Shown: in pieces, positions 1 through 9,979 of the stretch
Numbering within the stretch: the first letter of the stretch is position 1
Layout of the letters: each line of letters opens with the position of its first letter
Assembly (NCBI GenBank): GCA_964446685.1
Contig: CAYUPO010000007.1
Coordinates: 233-64,232 of the forward strand
DNA length: 64,000 nt
Source: an uncultured Gammaproteobacteria bacterium
Lineage (GTDB): Bacteria > Patescibacteriota > Microgenomatia > Daviesbacterales > UBA10151
Direction of reading: 5' to 3'
The notes under the pieces: model-generated
Told to the model about the DNA's origin: nothing
The model's database searches: none
The model's input: the letters and a program-made list of their open reading frames with translations, nothing else
Position numbers and translations under genes: made by a program

Positions 1-951
1 ATCGCCTCTGGCTTTGGCAAAACCTTTTCTGACAGCATCGCCTTTTCCTCTGCCTTTTCCCTGATTGATCAGACTAATTTTTCTTTGTTTTCCATATTTT
101 GAAATCACTCGCTGGATCTCTTTTTTTGTATTATCGGATGAATTGCCCTCCACAAAAATAATCTCCGTCCATTTTCCCAGCTGAGGGGTCCATTTAACAG
201 CGTTTTCAATATTACCTTCTTCATTGCGAGCCGGGATAATAACTGAAACTGAATATCTCTTTTTCGTTTCTTCAGGCTTTAATCTTGCTACTAAATATTG
301 CACTAAACAAAGCTGCTTTATTAAAGGGAGTCTGGCTATATACTGATTTATAAAGTCTGATAAAAGCGGAATATAAAATGGCATCAGTAAAAAATTACCT
401 TTTTTAACTACTTCCAGCTGACTTAAATTTAATAAATTCTGAATATCAGTCAAAGATAACCAATTTTGTCTAAGATTAGGAAATTTAAATCCTAATTTCT
501 CTGCTAGTACCATGGCAGGTTCCCATAAAAAGTTATAATAAGTCACGATCACCCGTGTCTCAGCATTTGAGACCTTAGCAATTTTTTCAAAAGCAGTCTG
601 GACATCTGAAACATGACCAATGACATCAGAACAAAGAATATAGTCAAATGTTCCTTTAACTGACAACTGCTCCACATCCTGCACTTTAAAATTTAACTGA
701 GGATGTTTTTTTTGAGCTATCTGCACCATCTGAGGAGAGATATCAATCCCTATTCCCTTTTTGGGACGAACATAAGACAGTAAATCTCCATTCCCAGATC
801 CTACAGCCAACACTGAAGCACCCGAAGGCACAAAAAAAGCACACAGTTTGTGTAGCGACTGATGATAATACCAATTCTTTTTCAGGTAATACTCTCTTTT
901 GTGGGCAAGCTGGTCAAAATGATTTTTTACCGCTTTATTATGCAGATCCAT
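1..951 (-). CDS. Class I SAM methyltransferase-like domain fused to a GT2 glycosyltransferase (runs off the window's left edge)
   Basis: Translated by hand from ATG at 951: [12 protein letters not shown]...[12 protein letters not shown]...GIDISPQM...[12 protein letters not shown] (MTase motifs), then [15 protein letters not shown]...[12 protein letters not shown]...[16 protein letters not shown] (GT2). Not in the ORF track because it is truncated. Confidence 0.85.
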   Translation of the reverse strand, partial: MDLHNKAVKNHFDQLAHKREYYLKKNWYYHQSLHKLCAFFVPSGASVLAVGSGNGDLLSYVRPKKGIGIDISPQMVQIAQKKHPQLNFKVQDVEQLSVKGTFDYILCSDVIGHVSDVQTAFEKIAKVSNAETRVIVTYYNFLWEPAMVLAEKLGFKFPNLRQNWLSLTDIQNLLNLSQLEVVKKGNFLLMPFYIPLLSDFINQYIARLPLIKQLCLVQYLVARLKPEETKKRYSVSVIIPARNEEGNIENAVKWTPQLGKWTEIIFVEGNSSDNTKKEIQRVISKYGKQRKISLINQGKGRGKGDAVRKGFAKARGD

Positions 952-1900
952 GATAATTTTTCAGATACCATTGTATAGTTTTTTTAATACCTGTCTCAAA
1001 AGAGGTTTTAGCTCTAAATCCAAACTCTTGTTCCGCTTTTGTGACGTCCAATTTTCTTCTTGGTTGACCATTAGGTTTACTAGTGTCCCATTTTATCTCA
1101 CCTTTATAACTAAGTGTTTCTTTAATTAGCTCTGTCAAATCTTTAATGGAAATTTCAAACCCTGATCCCAAGTTAATAGGATCATCTTTATGATAATGTA
1201 CTGCCGCTTGAAGTATACCGTCAGCAGCATCCTCCACATAAAGAAATTCTCTGGTTGGGGATCCATCACCCCAGACTTCAATATAAGGTGTTTTTAACCT
1301 CTTAGCATCAACTACTTTTTTAACGAGTGCAGGAATAACATGAGATGTATCTGGATCAAAGTTATCACCAGGTCCATATAAATTTACTGGTAAGAGATAG
1401 ATACCATTAAACCCAAACTGTTGTCTATATGCCTGAGTCTGAACCAACAACATTTTTTTAGCCAATCCGTACGGCGCATTAGTTTCTTCAGGATACCCAC
1501 TCCATAAGTCGGATTCTTTAAATGGAACCGGAGTGAATTTAGGATAAGCACAAATAGTTCCGATACAGACAAATTTTCCAACTTTATTCACCCTGGCTGC
1601 TTCAATCAGTTCTACTCCCATCATCAGATTGTCATAAAACAAAGTTCCCGGCAAATCAAGATTTTTTCCTATCCCGCCCACATTTCCAGCTAAATGAATT
1701 GTGACATCAATATTTTTTGTCACTTTCCTGCAAACATTTTTCTTTCGCAAATCAAATTCCTTAGAGCGGGGTATTAATATATTTTTTGCCTGAACTCCAT
1801 AATTTAATAATTTTTTTACAACATGACTACCTAAAAAACCACTTCCTCCTGTTACAAGTATTTTTTTATCAACCCAATATTGTTTATCTTTATTTGTCAT
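938..1900 (-). CDS. fcl: GDP-L-fucose synthase (epimerase/reductase)
   Basis: [42 protein letters not shown]...[30 protein letters not shown]. Confidence 0.9.
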   Translation of the reverse strand: MTNKDKQYWVDKKILVTGGSGFLGSHVVKKLLNYGVQAKNILIPRSKEFDLRKKNVCRKVTKNIDVTIHLAGNVGGIGKNLDLPGTLFYDNLMMGVELIEAARVNKVGKFVCIGTICAYPKFTPVPFKESDLWSGYPEETNAPYGLAKKMLLVQTQAYRQQFGFNGIYLLPVNLYGPGDNFDPDTSHVIPALVKKVVDAKRLKTPYIEVWGDGSPTREFLYVEDAADGILQAAVHYHKDDPINLGSGFEISIKDLTELIKETLSYKGEIKWDTSKPNGQPRRKLDVTKAEQEFGFRAKTSFETGIKKTIQWYLKNYHGSA

Positions 1901-1935
1901 AACTTACACACCTGATTTAGATTTTTATCAACCAA

Positions 1936-3066
1936 CTATACCAGAGGTCTGGTAATTTTCTCAATCAATAATCGGCTTTTTTTTGTTGAAATTTCCCACT
2001 TAAACTTAGAAGACCAGGACCTGACACCTTTTGACAATGTTTGATATTTTTTATTATTTCTTAACAGTTCTAAAACCAGATCAGACAACATTTCCGGTCT
2101 ATTTATTTTAGTTAGTAATCCGGTCTTTCCATTAATAATCGTATCTTTCAATCCGGCCACATTATAAGCTACAGTTGGAACTCCCATTAAACCAGCTTCC
2201 ATCACAGTTAGGCCCCATCCTTCCCTGACCGAAGGGTTAATCACCAGATATGATTTCCCCAATAATTCAAACTTTTTGCTTTCACTCACAAACCCCCAAA
2301 ATTTAACCTTTTTCGTTAAACCTAATTCAGCAGTTAAAGCTTTTAAATAAACAATATACTCATCATCATGCTTACCTATTACCCAAAATCTAAAATCAGA
2401 ATTTTGTTTAGAAAGCTTAGAAAAAACTATCAAAGCATCTTCAATACCTTTATCCCTGGCTAAGGCACCTATAAAGGTTATAGTATTTTTATCTTTTTTA
2501 AACTGTATACTTTTTTTAGGACCCATAATTCCATTATGGATAACCGTGATATTTTGTTTAGAAATCCCTATCTCTGCTAATTCATTCTTTGTTGAATCAG
2601 AAACTGTCATAAAAGGTATCTTCAGATAAAACAATTTAAAAATATATGGTTCACAAAAAGCTCCAATTTTTCCCACCAATGTTTGCAATGGCTGAGGCAA
2701 TGGATTATATTTCCACACTTCTTTGGTCACTTCATGAATAAAAGCCAATTTTTTAGTTTTAACAAATAAAGGAGTAAAAAAAGGGATTCCATGAAACTGA
2801 TCTATTACCAGATCAAAGTCTTCTTTATTTTGGAAGAGATACCAGATAAATGCCCAAAACTGGACTGAAATTATTTGCCCACCCTTGCGAATAATATTAA
2901 CCCCATCAATAATTTCCTGAGATTTAGCTCCAGGAAAATAGGAAGTAAATAAACTTACCTTATGGCCGGCTTTAATCCAGGCTTTGGCATGCTCATGTGT
3001 CACGATTTCTGCTCCACCGGCATGTGGATGTTTCGGACCCCTCCAGGAAAAAATAAGAATCTTCAT
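1936..3066 (-). CDS. GT4 family glycosyltransferase
   Basis: GGAEIV N-terminus; PSVREGWGLTVMEA (EX7E motif). Confidence 0.9.
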   Translation of the reverse strand: MKILIFSWRGPKHPHAGGAEIVTHEHAKAWIKAGHKVSLFTSYFPGAKSQEIIDGVNIIRKGGQIISVQFWAFIWYLFQNKEDFDLVIDQFHGIPFFTPLFVKTKKLAFIHEVTKEVWKYNPLPQPLQTLVGKIGAFCEPYIFKLFYLKIPFMTVSDSTKNELAEIGISKQNITVIHNGIMGPKKSIQFKKDKNTITFIGALARDKGIEDALIVFSKLSKQNSDFRFWVIGKHDDEYIVYLKALTAELGLTKKVKFWGFVSESKKFELLGKSYLVINPSVREGWGLTVMEAGLMGVPTVAYNVAGLKDTIINGKTGLLTKINRPEMLSDLVLELLRNNKKYQTLSKGVRSWSSKFKWEISTKKSRLLIEKITRPLV

Positions 3067-3071
3067 ATTTT

Positions 3072-3902
3072 TTATCCAACATTAATCCTAAAATCAAGTT
3101 CAGGATCATACTTCCATTTACGCGCACTTTGATCTGAATAATATTTAAGGATTCGTAATCTATAAAAAACTGCCAAAGTGTCACTAAACATGTAAAAAAG
3201 TGTCCTGATAAACTTCTGACTGGTTAAAACCGAGGAACCGCCAAAATCGAGTTTAATTTCAACCGGTGCTTCATAAATCCGCTTGAATCCTAAATAATTG
3301 GCCACCGATAAAATCTCAATATCAAAAGCATAAGCCTTGACTAAAAGACGAGGCAAAACTTTATCTAAAACTTCTCTTCTAAAAACTTTTAACCCAACCT
3401 GGGTATCTGTTATCTTTAATCCAAAAAGCATTCTTACTACCAGCTGATAGCCAAAAGACATTATTCGTCTTTGCCATGGATAATCAACTTTTGACACCGG
3501 ATGTCTTTTGGATCCGACCATCACATCTGCTTTATACCACTCGAAATGTTCTAAAAGCATCGAAAGACCATTTGGATTTAAATCCATCCCAGAATCAATA
3601 AAAGCAATTATATCTCCCCGGCTTTTTGCCATTCCAAAACGGACAGCATAACCTTTTCCTTTATTGGTTTCATACCCTACAACTTTAACATTGCGGTACT
3701 TTTTTGATATTTTTTTCGCCTTTTGAAAAGTTTTATCAAGTAATCCATCAACAACGCAAATTAACTCAGTTTTATATCTGAGTTTACTAAGTACTGTTCG
3801 TATTCTTTGCAAGTCTTTGTAAATTGTTTTTTCTTGTCTGAAGGCAGGTACAATCACAGAAACTAACCTAATTAATTTCTTGCGCGCTTTACGGGGCTTC
3901 AT
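3072..3902 (-). CDS. GT2 glycosyltransferase, DPM1/ALG5-like (polyprenol-phosphate sugar synthase-like)
   Basis: VIVPAF, VVDG, NKGKGYAVRFG, FIDSGMD, TDTQVGLK, AFDIEIL. Confidence 0.8.
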   Translation of the reverse strand: MKPRKARKKLIRLVSVIVPAFRQEKTIYKDLQRIRTVLSKLRYKTELICVVDGLLDKTFQKAKKISKKYRNVKVVGYETNKGKGYAVRFGMAKSRGDIIAFIDSGMDLNPNGLSMLLEHFEWYKADVMVGSKRHPVSKVDYPWQRRIMSFGYQLVVRMLFGLKITDTQVGLKVFRREVLDKVLPRLLVKAYAFDIEILSVANYLGFKRIYEAPVEIKLDFGGSSVLTSQKFIRTLFYMFSDTLAVFYRLRILKYYSDQSARKWKYDPELDFRINVG

Positions 3903-3903
3903 C

Positions 3904-5163
3904 TTAATTATCTTTAGACAGATCGCTTATCCGAGCTGCTAAAAAGTATACTGACAGACTGACAAATAATAAAGTAGCAACGCTGACTGAAACCCAGACC
4001 ACCTGTGTGATAGTCTGATGAAATAAATTAATCCCAATCAACTGCAAAACAGCCGCAACTAAGGGAAATATCACTACTTTATTATGATTAACAGATAAAA
4101 AGAAATTTATAAATAACCCGCATAAGGCTAAAAATCCAGTAAACAGTGCATACGGCACTAGAAGTCCAATTCCGGCAAAATATTTCTCCCCGTATAACAG
4201 AGAAAGTACAAACTGAGGAAAAAGAAAATACATCAAAATAACACCTGATACTACAGCCGCTGTTGCGCCAATACTAAGTAAAAACATCGAAACATATTTT
4301 TCACCGGCAACATATCTTTTGGCAACCAATGGAAACATTACTGTTGAAACAGGAGCACTGGCAAATAAAATAATTTTACCGAGAGTAGAAACAGCAGCAA
4401 AAATTCCGGCTTCAAAACTGGAGAAAAAATGTTTGACGAGTACCAGATCAATTGTCATCAGCGAAGTCATAGCTACAGTTTGAATGAGTACAGGTAATGT
4501 AAAATTAAAAATATTTTTAGTATGTACTTTTTCAGTTGTCTGTATTTCCCGGTAATGCTTTAAAAAGAAAAATCCAGCAAGCCAGCCCGTAATAATAGCA
4601 ATTACTAAACCAACCATTGCCCCCATTACTCCAAAACCAAGCATTACAAACAATACGCCAGCAACAAGTTTCATTCCGGTTTCAGAAATAAGACCGATTA
4701 CCACCAAATGAAACTTGATCAATCCCTGTAGAACAGACCGATATAAATAAGCTGGCAGTCCAAACAGAAAAGAAACTGCAATCAGAATAATTCCTAAAGT
4801 ATGCGGAGTATTTAAATAATCAGCTAAAAAAGGTGAAAATGCAGCAGTACCCAGTGCTAATACAACCGACATGTAAAAAACCGGTTTAGTAAACCATTTC
4901 AGATAGGCAGCTGCTTCCTGATCATTTTTTGATGAAGCCACAAATTTAATAATTACTGTTCCAAACGACAATGGAACAACCGACAAAAGCCCAATCAGAG
5001 AAAAGAATGCCGATAACTCGCCATAAGAAGCAGGCCCCAGCAGTCTGCCCATTAATAAATGATAGAGATAATTGATTACATTAGTACTATTTGTACCAAT
5101 AATCATAATAAAACTTGAGGAAAATAAAGGATGTGATATGGCCCGTTTAATTATTTTTTTCAT
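3904..5163 (-). CDS. Wzx/MOP-family oligosaccharide flippase
   Basis: About 12 TM segments; NYLYHLLMGRLLGPASYG and IDLVLVKHFF motifs. Start moved to ATG 5163, which overlaps the upstream stop codon. Confidence 0.8.
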   Translation of the reverse strand: MKKIIKRAISHPLFSSSFIMIIGTNSTNVINYLYHLLMGRLLGPASYGELSAFFSLIGLLSVVPLSFGTVIIKFVASSKNDQEAAAYLKWFTKPVFYMSVVLALGTAAFSPFLADYLNTPHTLGIILIAVSFLFGLPAYLYRSVLQGLIKFHLVVIGLISETGMKLVAGVLFVMLGFGVMGAMVGLVIAIITGWLAGFFFLKHYREIQTTEKVHTKNIFNFTLPVLIQTVAMTSLMTIDLVLVKHFFSSFEAGIFAAVSTLGKIILFASAPVSTVMFPLVAKRYVAGEKYVSMFLLSIGATAAVVSGVILMYFLFPQFVLSLLYGEKYFAGIGLLVPYALFTGFLALCGLFINFFLSVNHNKVVIFPLVAAVLQLIGINLFHQTITQVVWVSVSVATLLFVSLSVYFLAARISDLSKDN

Positions 5164-6413
5164 GCCACCCAGTACCCCCTTATAAATAAAATCGTAAAGA
5201 AACCCAGCATCAGACCCATTAACATAAACATAATTATCTGGATTATTCTTGGTAATTTTTCTATTAACAAAGCCCAAATAATAAATACCGGAAATACTAC
5301 CAAAACATAGCGCGATCCGGATGAAAAACTACCCTGAATCGTTGGCAATAAGATACTGGCTAAGGCATAAAATAAATATGAAATTCTAATTTTTTTAAAG
5401 TAGCCTACAATCACAAGTAATACAAAGGAAACAGTACTTACAAACTCAAGCAAAAAAGAGGCTAAAAATGTATTCACTTCCTGATAATGGATCAGAATAT
5501 TGAGATATCTGTAGACCACCTGAGGAAATAATATTATTCCTTTACCTCTGTGCTCCCCTATGATTGACTGAAGATTATAAAATGCCAGTGGATCACCAAC
5601 ACTCCACCATAAATAAGCCATATAAAGAAGCAATCCTCCTGGAATCAGCAATAAAGGAAAACTTTCTTTTAAAGATTTTTTTGACAGCCATAGATCAATT
5701 ATCAAAGACAAAAATAATAGCACACCAAATACTCTGGTAAATGATGCCAAAAACCCACAAACAGCAGCCAGCCAAAAATTATTCTTGCGGTAAAAATAAA
5801 ATGTTGCCACCGATAAAAAAAGAAACAAACTTTCGGTATAAAATGCAGCAAAGAAAAAAGAAGTCGGAAATAACAGTAAAAGCAATAAAGTCCGCCAGGC
5901 TATTTGACTAGAATAATCAAGTCTGGCAAGTTTAAAAAGCAAATATAAACTTCCAAGAAAACAAAGATGTGATATAACGAGGCCACTAAGAACTGCAGAC
6001 AAAAAATCAGTCTTTGAAAAAAATATTCCTATATGCACTAATAATGGATATAAAGGGAAAAAAGCCTGCTCCAGACTTTGATATCCTCTTAGCGCAATTG
6101 ATAGATAATGCTCACCATCATAATTTGCCCAGGGCATCAGATAAAAAAACTGGTTATACAACTGATAACCACCACCTAAAAAATTTCTGGAAAAAAGGGG
6201 CACAAAGATAAATCCCACTAAACCTACCACAAATAAAAATATCCTCCAGACGAGGAATAATCCACCTATTATCAGTATTTCCGGAGAAAGTTTATTTGTG
6301 AAGCGTAGTACCTCGAAAGCTTGCTTCGAGGATGAAGCGAGCAAAGAACTTGCCTTTAGAATACCTCTTAGCTTGCTGTTAGGTAGTTCATTTTTGAGAA
6401 ATTGCATATTCAT
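5160..6413 (-). CDS. GT-C membrane glycosyltransferase, PIG-V/GT76 mannosyltransferase-like
   Basis: WANYDGEHYLSIA..GY..EQAFFPLYP, FPTSFFF..YTESLFL, SRYVLVVFP. Confidence 0.8.
   Translation of the reverse strand: MNMQFLKNELPNSKLRGILKASSLLASSSKQAFEVLRFTNKLSPEILIIGGLFLVWRIFLFVVGLVGFIFVPLFSRNFLGGGYQLYNQFFYLMPWANYDGEHYLSIALRGYQSLEQAFFPLYPLLVHIGIFFSKTDFLSAVLSGLVISHLCFLGSLYLLFKLARLDYSSQIAWRTLLLLLLFPTSFFFAAFYTESLFLFLSVATFYFYRKNNFWLAAVCGFLASFTRVFGVLLFLSLIIDLWLSKKSLKESFPLLLIPGGLLLYMAYLWWSVGDPLAFYNLQSIIGEHRGKGIILFPQVVYRYLNILIHYQEVNTFLASFLLEFVSTVSFVLLVIVGYFKKIRISYLFYALASILLPTIQGSFSSGSRYVLVVFPVFIIWALLIEKLPRIIQIIMFMLMGLMLGFFTILFIRGYWVA
6300..6390. repeat. REP-like double-hairpin element inside the 5' end of the PIG-V-like gene
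   Basis: cctcgaaagcttgcttcgagg (6311-6331) and tacctcttagcttgctgttaggta (6362-6385), both imperfect palindromes with an agcttgct core. Confidence 0.7.
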
Positions 6414-7425
6414 AAACTTTTACGGTATCCTGCGCTGTTTTTTCCCAGGAAAATCGGCTTAAATTTTCAGTTCCTTTTTTTATCAAACCTTTTCTGTATT
6501 CGGCTTCTTGCAACTTAATCACCGCATCAGTGATCTCTGATCCGACAGCTGAATCTACTATTATACCGCCATCACCGACGACCTCTTTTAATGATGAATT
6601 ATTGCTGGTAATAACAGCCGTTTTACATGCCTGTGCTTCAAGGACAGGTAATCCAAAACCTTCATAATGAGACACCAATATTAAAGCCTGTGCAGCATTC
6701 ATCAGTCCTACTAAATCTTCATTAGGAATAAATCCCAGTATTTTAACTCCAGGATGATTTGAATACTTCTCTTTAAATTCTCTGAAGGGATTCAGCTCAG
6801 GATGATTTAAATCGCCTTTTGTTTCAAAACCACCTCCCACTAATACCAAAGGGACCTCTGCATCAATCACAGCCTGCGTCATTCTAACAAGATTCTTATT
6901 CCAGTTAACTCCTCCAGTATAGATGACAAAATTTTTCGGCAATTGGTACTTTAAACGTATGCGCTCTACTTCAGGAAGGGGAAGCGGTTTAAAATGATCC
7001 GCTTGAGACAAATATACGGTAAATACTTTTGCTTTCGGCAGATTAAAAACTTTGATGGCATCCTGAGTGGAAGTCTTGGAATCCGTAATAATCGCTTTGA
7101 CTTTTCTCAACGATAATTTTTGTCTTAGTAAATTAACTTTCCCTTTAAGCCCTGATGGATAATGAGTTGGAAATAAGAGCGGTATCACATCATGTATAGT
7201 AACAACTGTCGGGATATGAGAATTAACATTTAGTGTAGGACGAAAGAAATCAAAAAAAGGGAAATGAATTATATCCGCCTCAATATTTTCATTTTTATTT
7301 TCCAGAATACACACTTCCCAATCAGTATATTTTCGCAAAGCTTTAATCAGATTTTCTGTATAAAAACCAATTCCCCTCCCCTTACTCTGACTATCCATGG
7401 CAGAAATATCGATTGCTACTTTCAT
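6388..7425 (-). CDS. GT4 family glycosyltransferase (WbpY/MtfB-like)
   Basis: GRGIGFYT, VTIHDVIP, NKNL, SHYEGFGLPVLEAQAC. Confidence 0.9.
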   Translation of the reverse strand: MKVAIDISAMDSQSKGRGIGFYTENLIKALRKYTDWEVCILENKNENIEADIIHFPFFDFFRPTLNVNSHIPTVVTIHDVIPLLFPTHYPSGLKGKVNLLRQKLSLRKVKAIITDSKTSTQDAIKVFNLPKAKVFTVYLSQADHFKPLPLPEVERIRLKYQLPKNFVIYTGGVNWNKNLVRMTQAVIDAEVPLVLVGGGFETKGDLNHPELNPFREFKEKYSNHPGVKILGFIPNEDLVGLMNAAQALILVSHYEGFGLPVLEAQACKTAVITSNNSSLKEVVGDGGIIVDSAVGSEITDAVIKLQEAEYRKGLIKKGTENLSRFSWEKTAQDTVKVYEYAISQK

Positions 7426-8282
7426 TTAGACAAATACCTCCAGTAAGCTCTGGGAAACCGTAAGGCTGAGAAAAAGGAAAAAATAATCCCCTGTACTCCA
7501 TCCAGTATTCCTTTATGACGAATTGTTGTCATCAAAAACCAGACAACCGGTTTAACTATTTCATAATTTAAAAAATTAATCAGATTTTTTTTGACTTTCT
7601 GCTCCTTTAACTGAGTTGCTAAAAGATCAATATACCGGCTATTTCGCTTAATATATCTTTCAAAGGTAGGTGAATCAACATGCAGCAAATCATGTTGCAA
7701 CCAGCCCACTTTACCACTGACAACCATCTGTTCATGAACATCTTTAGCCGGAAGATAAGCTTTATTCCGTTTAAATAAACGAATTACTCCATCCGGATAA
7801 ACTCCTCCATACCGTAAATACTTTCCCAAGAAATAATTTAGCCGGGGGAAAAAGAAAGCTACATACTCATCTTTATCATTTCCTATTGCACCATCCCGCT
7901 GTTCCAGCAGCAATTGATGCCGCTTAAACAACTGTTTGTTTTTTAAAGTCTGCTGGTATCTAGAAATTTCATCATCAGTCATTTGGATCAACTTTATTAT
8001 CTCTTTGGCCAGGTCTGAGGAAACTCTCTCGTCAGCATCTAAGTATAAAATCCATTCTCCTTTTGCCAGATCAAATGATTTTTGCTTATTGATATGAAAA
8101 TTGGGATGATTTTCAGTAACAACAACTTTCGCTCCAAATTGTTTGGCAATTTCCACAGTTTTGTCTTCTGATGTTCCATCTACGATGATTATTTCATCCG
8201 CAATTCCTTTGACAGAAGACAGACAATCAGCAATATTTGATTCTTCATTATAAGTAGCAATCGCCACCGAAAGTTTTGTCAT
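7422..8282 (-). CDS. GT2 glycosyltransferase (KdtX/WaaE-like)
   Basis: AIATYNEE, VDGTSEDKT, WILYLDADER, YPDGVIRLF, VHE. Confidence 0.85.
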   Translation of the reverse strand: MTKLSVAIATYNEESNIADCLSSVKGIADEIIIVDGTSEDKTVEIAKQFGAKVVVTENHPNFHINKQKSFDLAKGEWILYLDADERVSSDLAKEIIKLIQMTDDEISRYQQTLKNKQLFKRHQLLLEQRDGAIGNDKDEYVAFFFPRLNYFLGKYLRYGGVYPDGVIRLFKRNKAYLPAKDVHEQMVVSGKVGWLQHDLLHVDSPTFERYIKRNSRYIDLLATQLKEQKVKKNLINFLNYEIVKPVVWFLMTTIRHKGILDGVQGIIFSFFSALRFPRAYWRYLSK

Positions 8283-8284
8283 AA

Positions 8285-9979
8285 TTAGGTTTTTATGAAA
8301 ACAAAGGCATCTTCACCATTAGGATACTTCACTGAATCAATTATATCTCTTCCAGGGGGGACTTCTTTTGGTGTAACAATAAATAAAGTGTCTTTGCTTT
8401 GTAATATCTCTTCTGGAGTAACTGCTTTGAATTGAAATTTATCAAAATCCCTGACTGTCCCAAAATTAAATTTATCTCTTTCTGATAATTTAAGTTTCCC
8501 CTGATAATCTGACGAATTAAATGGCACTCCATTCTGCTGAGCTAACATCGCTTTGTAAAATAAAACTAAAATATATGGCTGATCATATCTGTCTGTCACT
8601 ACAACTTTAGAAAACTTTTGTTCCTGATTACCCATTTTACCAACCATCTCTTTAAATCCATATTCCCAGGCTAATGGATACCTTTTAGGTGAATGAATAT
8701 AATAACTTTCCAGATAATGAGTCATTTCAAAACCAATCCAGACAAAAATAAATATTGCCATTAGATATCCTAGACCTTTCAAATATTTTAAATTCCAAAG
8801 TTTATCAATAATCGCAGACATCCCAAGCCCCATCATCAGTACCAATGGAATTACCATCAGCAAAGCCCTGACCGCATTTGGAGTCTGATAAGTCATTGAT
8901 GATGCTAAAGGAGAAACAAATAACCAGAGTAAAACTAACCATTTAGTCTTGGATTCACTTTTTATTAAAACAAACAGACCAATTACTAAAAATAAGGCCA
9001 TTATCAGATAAAACTGCCCTGTTTCAGGTGTTTTATTGCGGATAATAGGATCCCCGTTAATAAACAAAAAATCGCCTTTAAAATGATCAACATAATGTCC
9101 AAAAAACTGGGGAGCAAAAGCCGTCAGTTTATTATGAAAAATCTTGGCTTGAGTGGACCCAAGATCTGCATGCTGACCCCTTAATTCATTTAACCTGTTT
9201 TCAGGTCCTTTATCGGATAAAAATGATAAACCGGCAAATCGGGCTGATCCTGACCCGCCCAAAAATTGAAATGCCAAAGGTACTGCTAAAACAGATAAGA
9301 CAGTCAAAATAATTACATAACTTTTTATTATTTTTTGATTATTTTTGACCTGATGAAAAAGATTTTTAAAATAAAGTAACAGCATACCTAACACCAGCAC
9401 CGGCACAACCAGTCTGGGACTTTGATAAGTGTACATGGCAATCAAAAATGACAGGAAAGAAAAAAACAGATACCACGGATCCCCCAGCTTCTTTATAAAC
9501 AAATAGACTCCCAGACATATAAAAAAAGTTGCAGCATTAGTTTCCCAACTACCTCTGGAAAAATGAATATGCCAGGGAGTTATCGCAAGAATCAGTGAAG
9601 ATGCTAAAGCAGGTCCTTTTTGGTTAAAAAGCTCTTTTGCTAGAAAATAGACTAACAAGACCGTTCCTATTCCAAATAAGGCTGATGGCAGTCTGAGTGC
9701 AAATTCATTAATCCCCAGTGACGCAATAAATGGCATCACCATATAAAAATAAAGCCCCGGTTTATAATCACCAAACGAGACAAATGACAGCGGCCACGGG
9801 TTACCATATTCATCTTTCCCTGTCTGCAACAGAGAATAAGCGTTGTAACCAATTGCTGCTTCATCCGCATTAAGGCCTGACGGATAATCCGCTATACCAG
9901 GAATCCGCAGTAAAGCCGCTAATATGACAATTAGCCCCAACAACACCTTAATACTTAATACTTTCCCCTTAATACTCAT
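8285..9979 (-). CDS. GT-C membrane glycosyltransferase, ArnT/PMT-like (paralog 1)
   Basis: NADEAAIGYNAYSLLQTGKDEYG...SFGDYKP, ALRLPSA, PWHIHFSR; many TM helices. Confidence 0.85.
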   Translation of the reverse strand: MSIKGKVLSIKVLLGLIVILAALLRIPGIADYPSGLNADEAAIGYNAYSLLQTGKDEYGNPWPLSFVSFGDYKPGLYFYMVMPFIASLGINEFALRLPSALFGIGTVLLVYFLAKELFNQKGPALASSLILAITPWHIHFSRGSWETNAATFFICLGVYLFIKKLGDPWYLFFSFLSFLIAMYTYQSPRLVVPVLVLGMLLLYFKNLFHQVKNNQKIIKSYVIILTVLSVLAVPLAFQFLGGSGSARFAGLSFLSDKGPENRLNELRGQHADLGSTQAKIFHNKLTAFAPQFFGHYVDHFKGDFLFINGDPIIRNKTPETGQFYLIMALFLVIGLFVLIKSESKTKWLVLLWLFVSPLASSMTYQTPNAVRALLMVIPLVLMMGLGMSAIIDKLWNLKYLKGLGYLMAIFIFVWIGFEMTHYLESYYIHSPKRYPLAWEYGFKEMVGKMGNQEQKFSKVVVTDRYDQPYILVLFYKAMLAQQNGVPFNSSDYQGKLKLSERDKFNFGTVRDFDKFQFKAVTPEEILQSKDTLFIVTPKEVPPGRDIIDSVKYPNGEDAFVFIKT

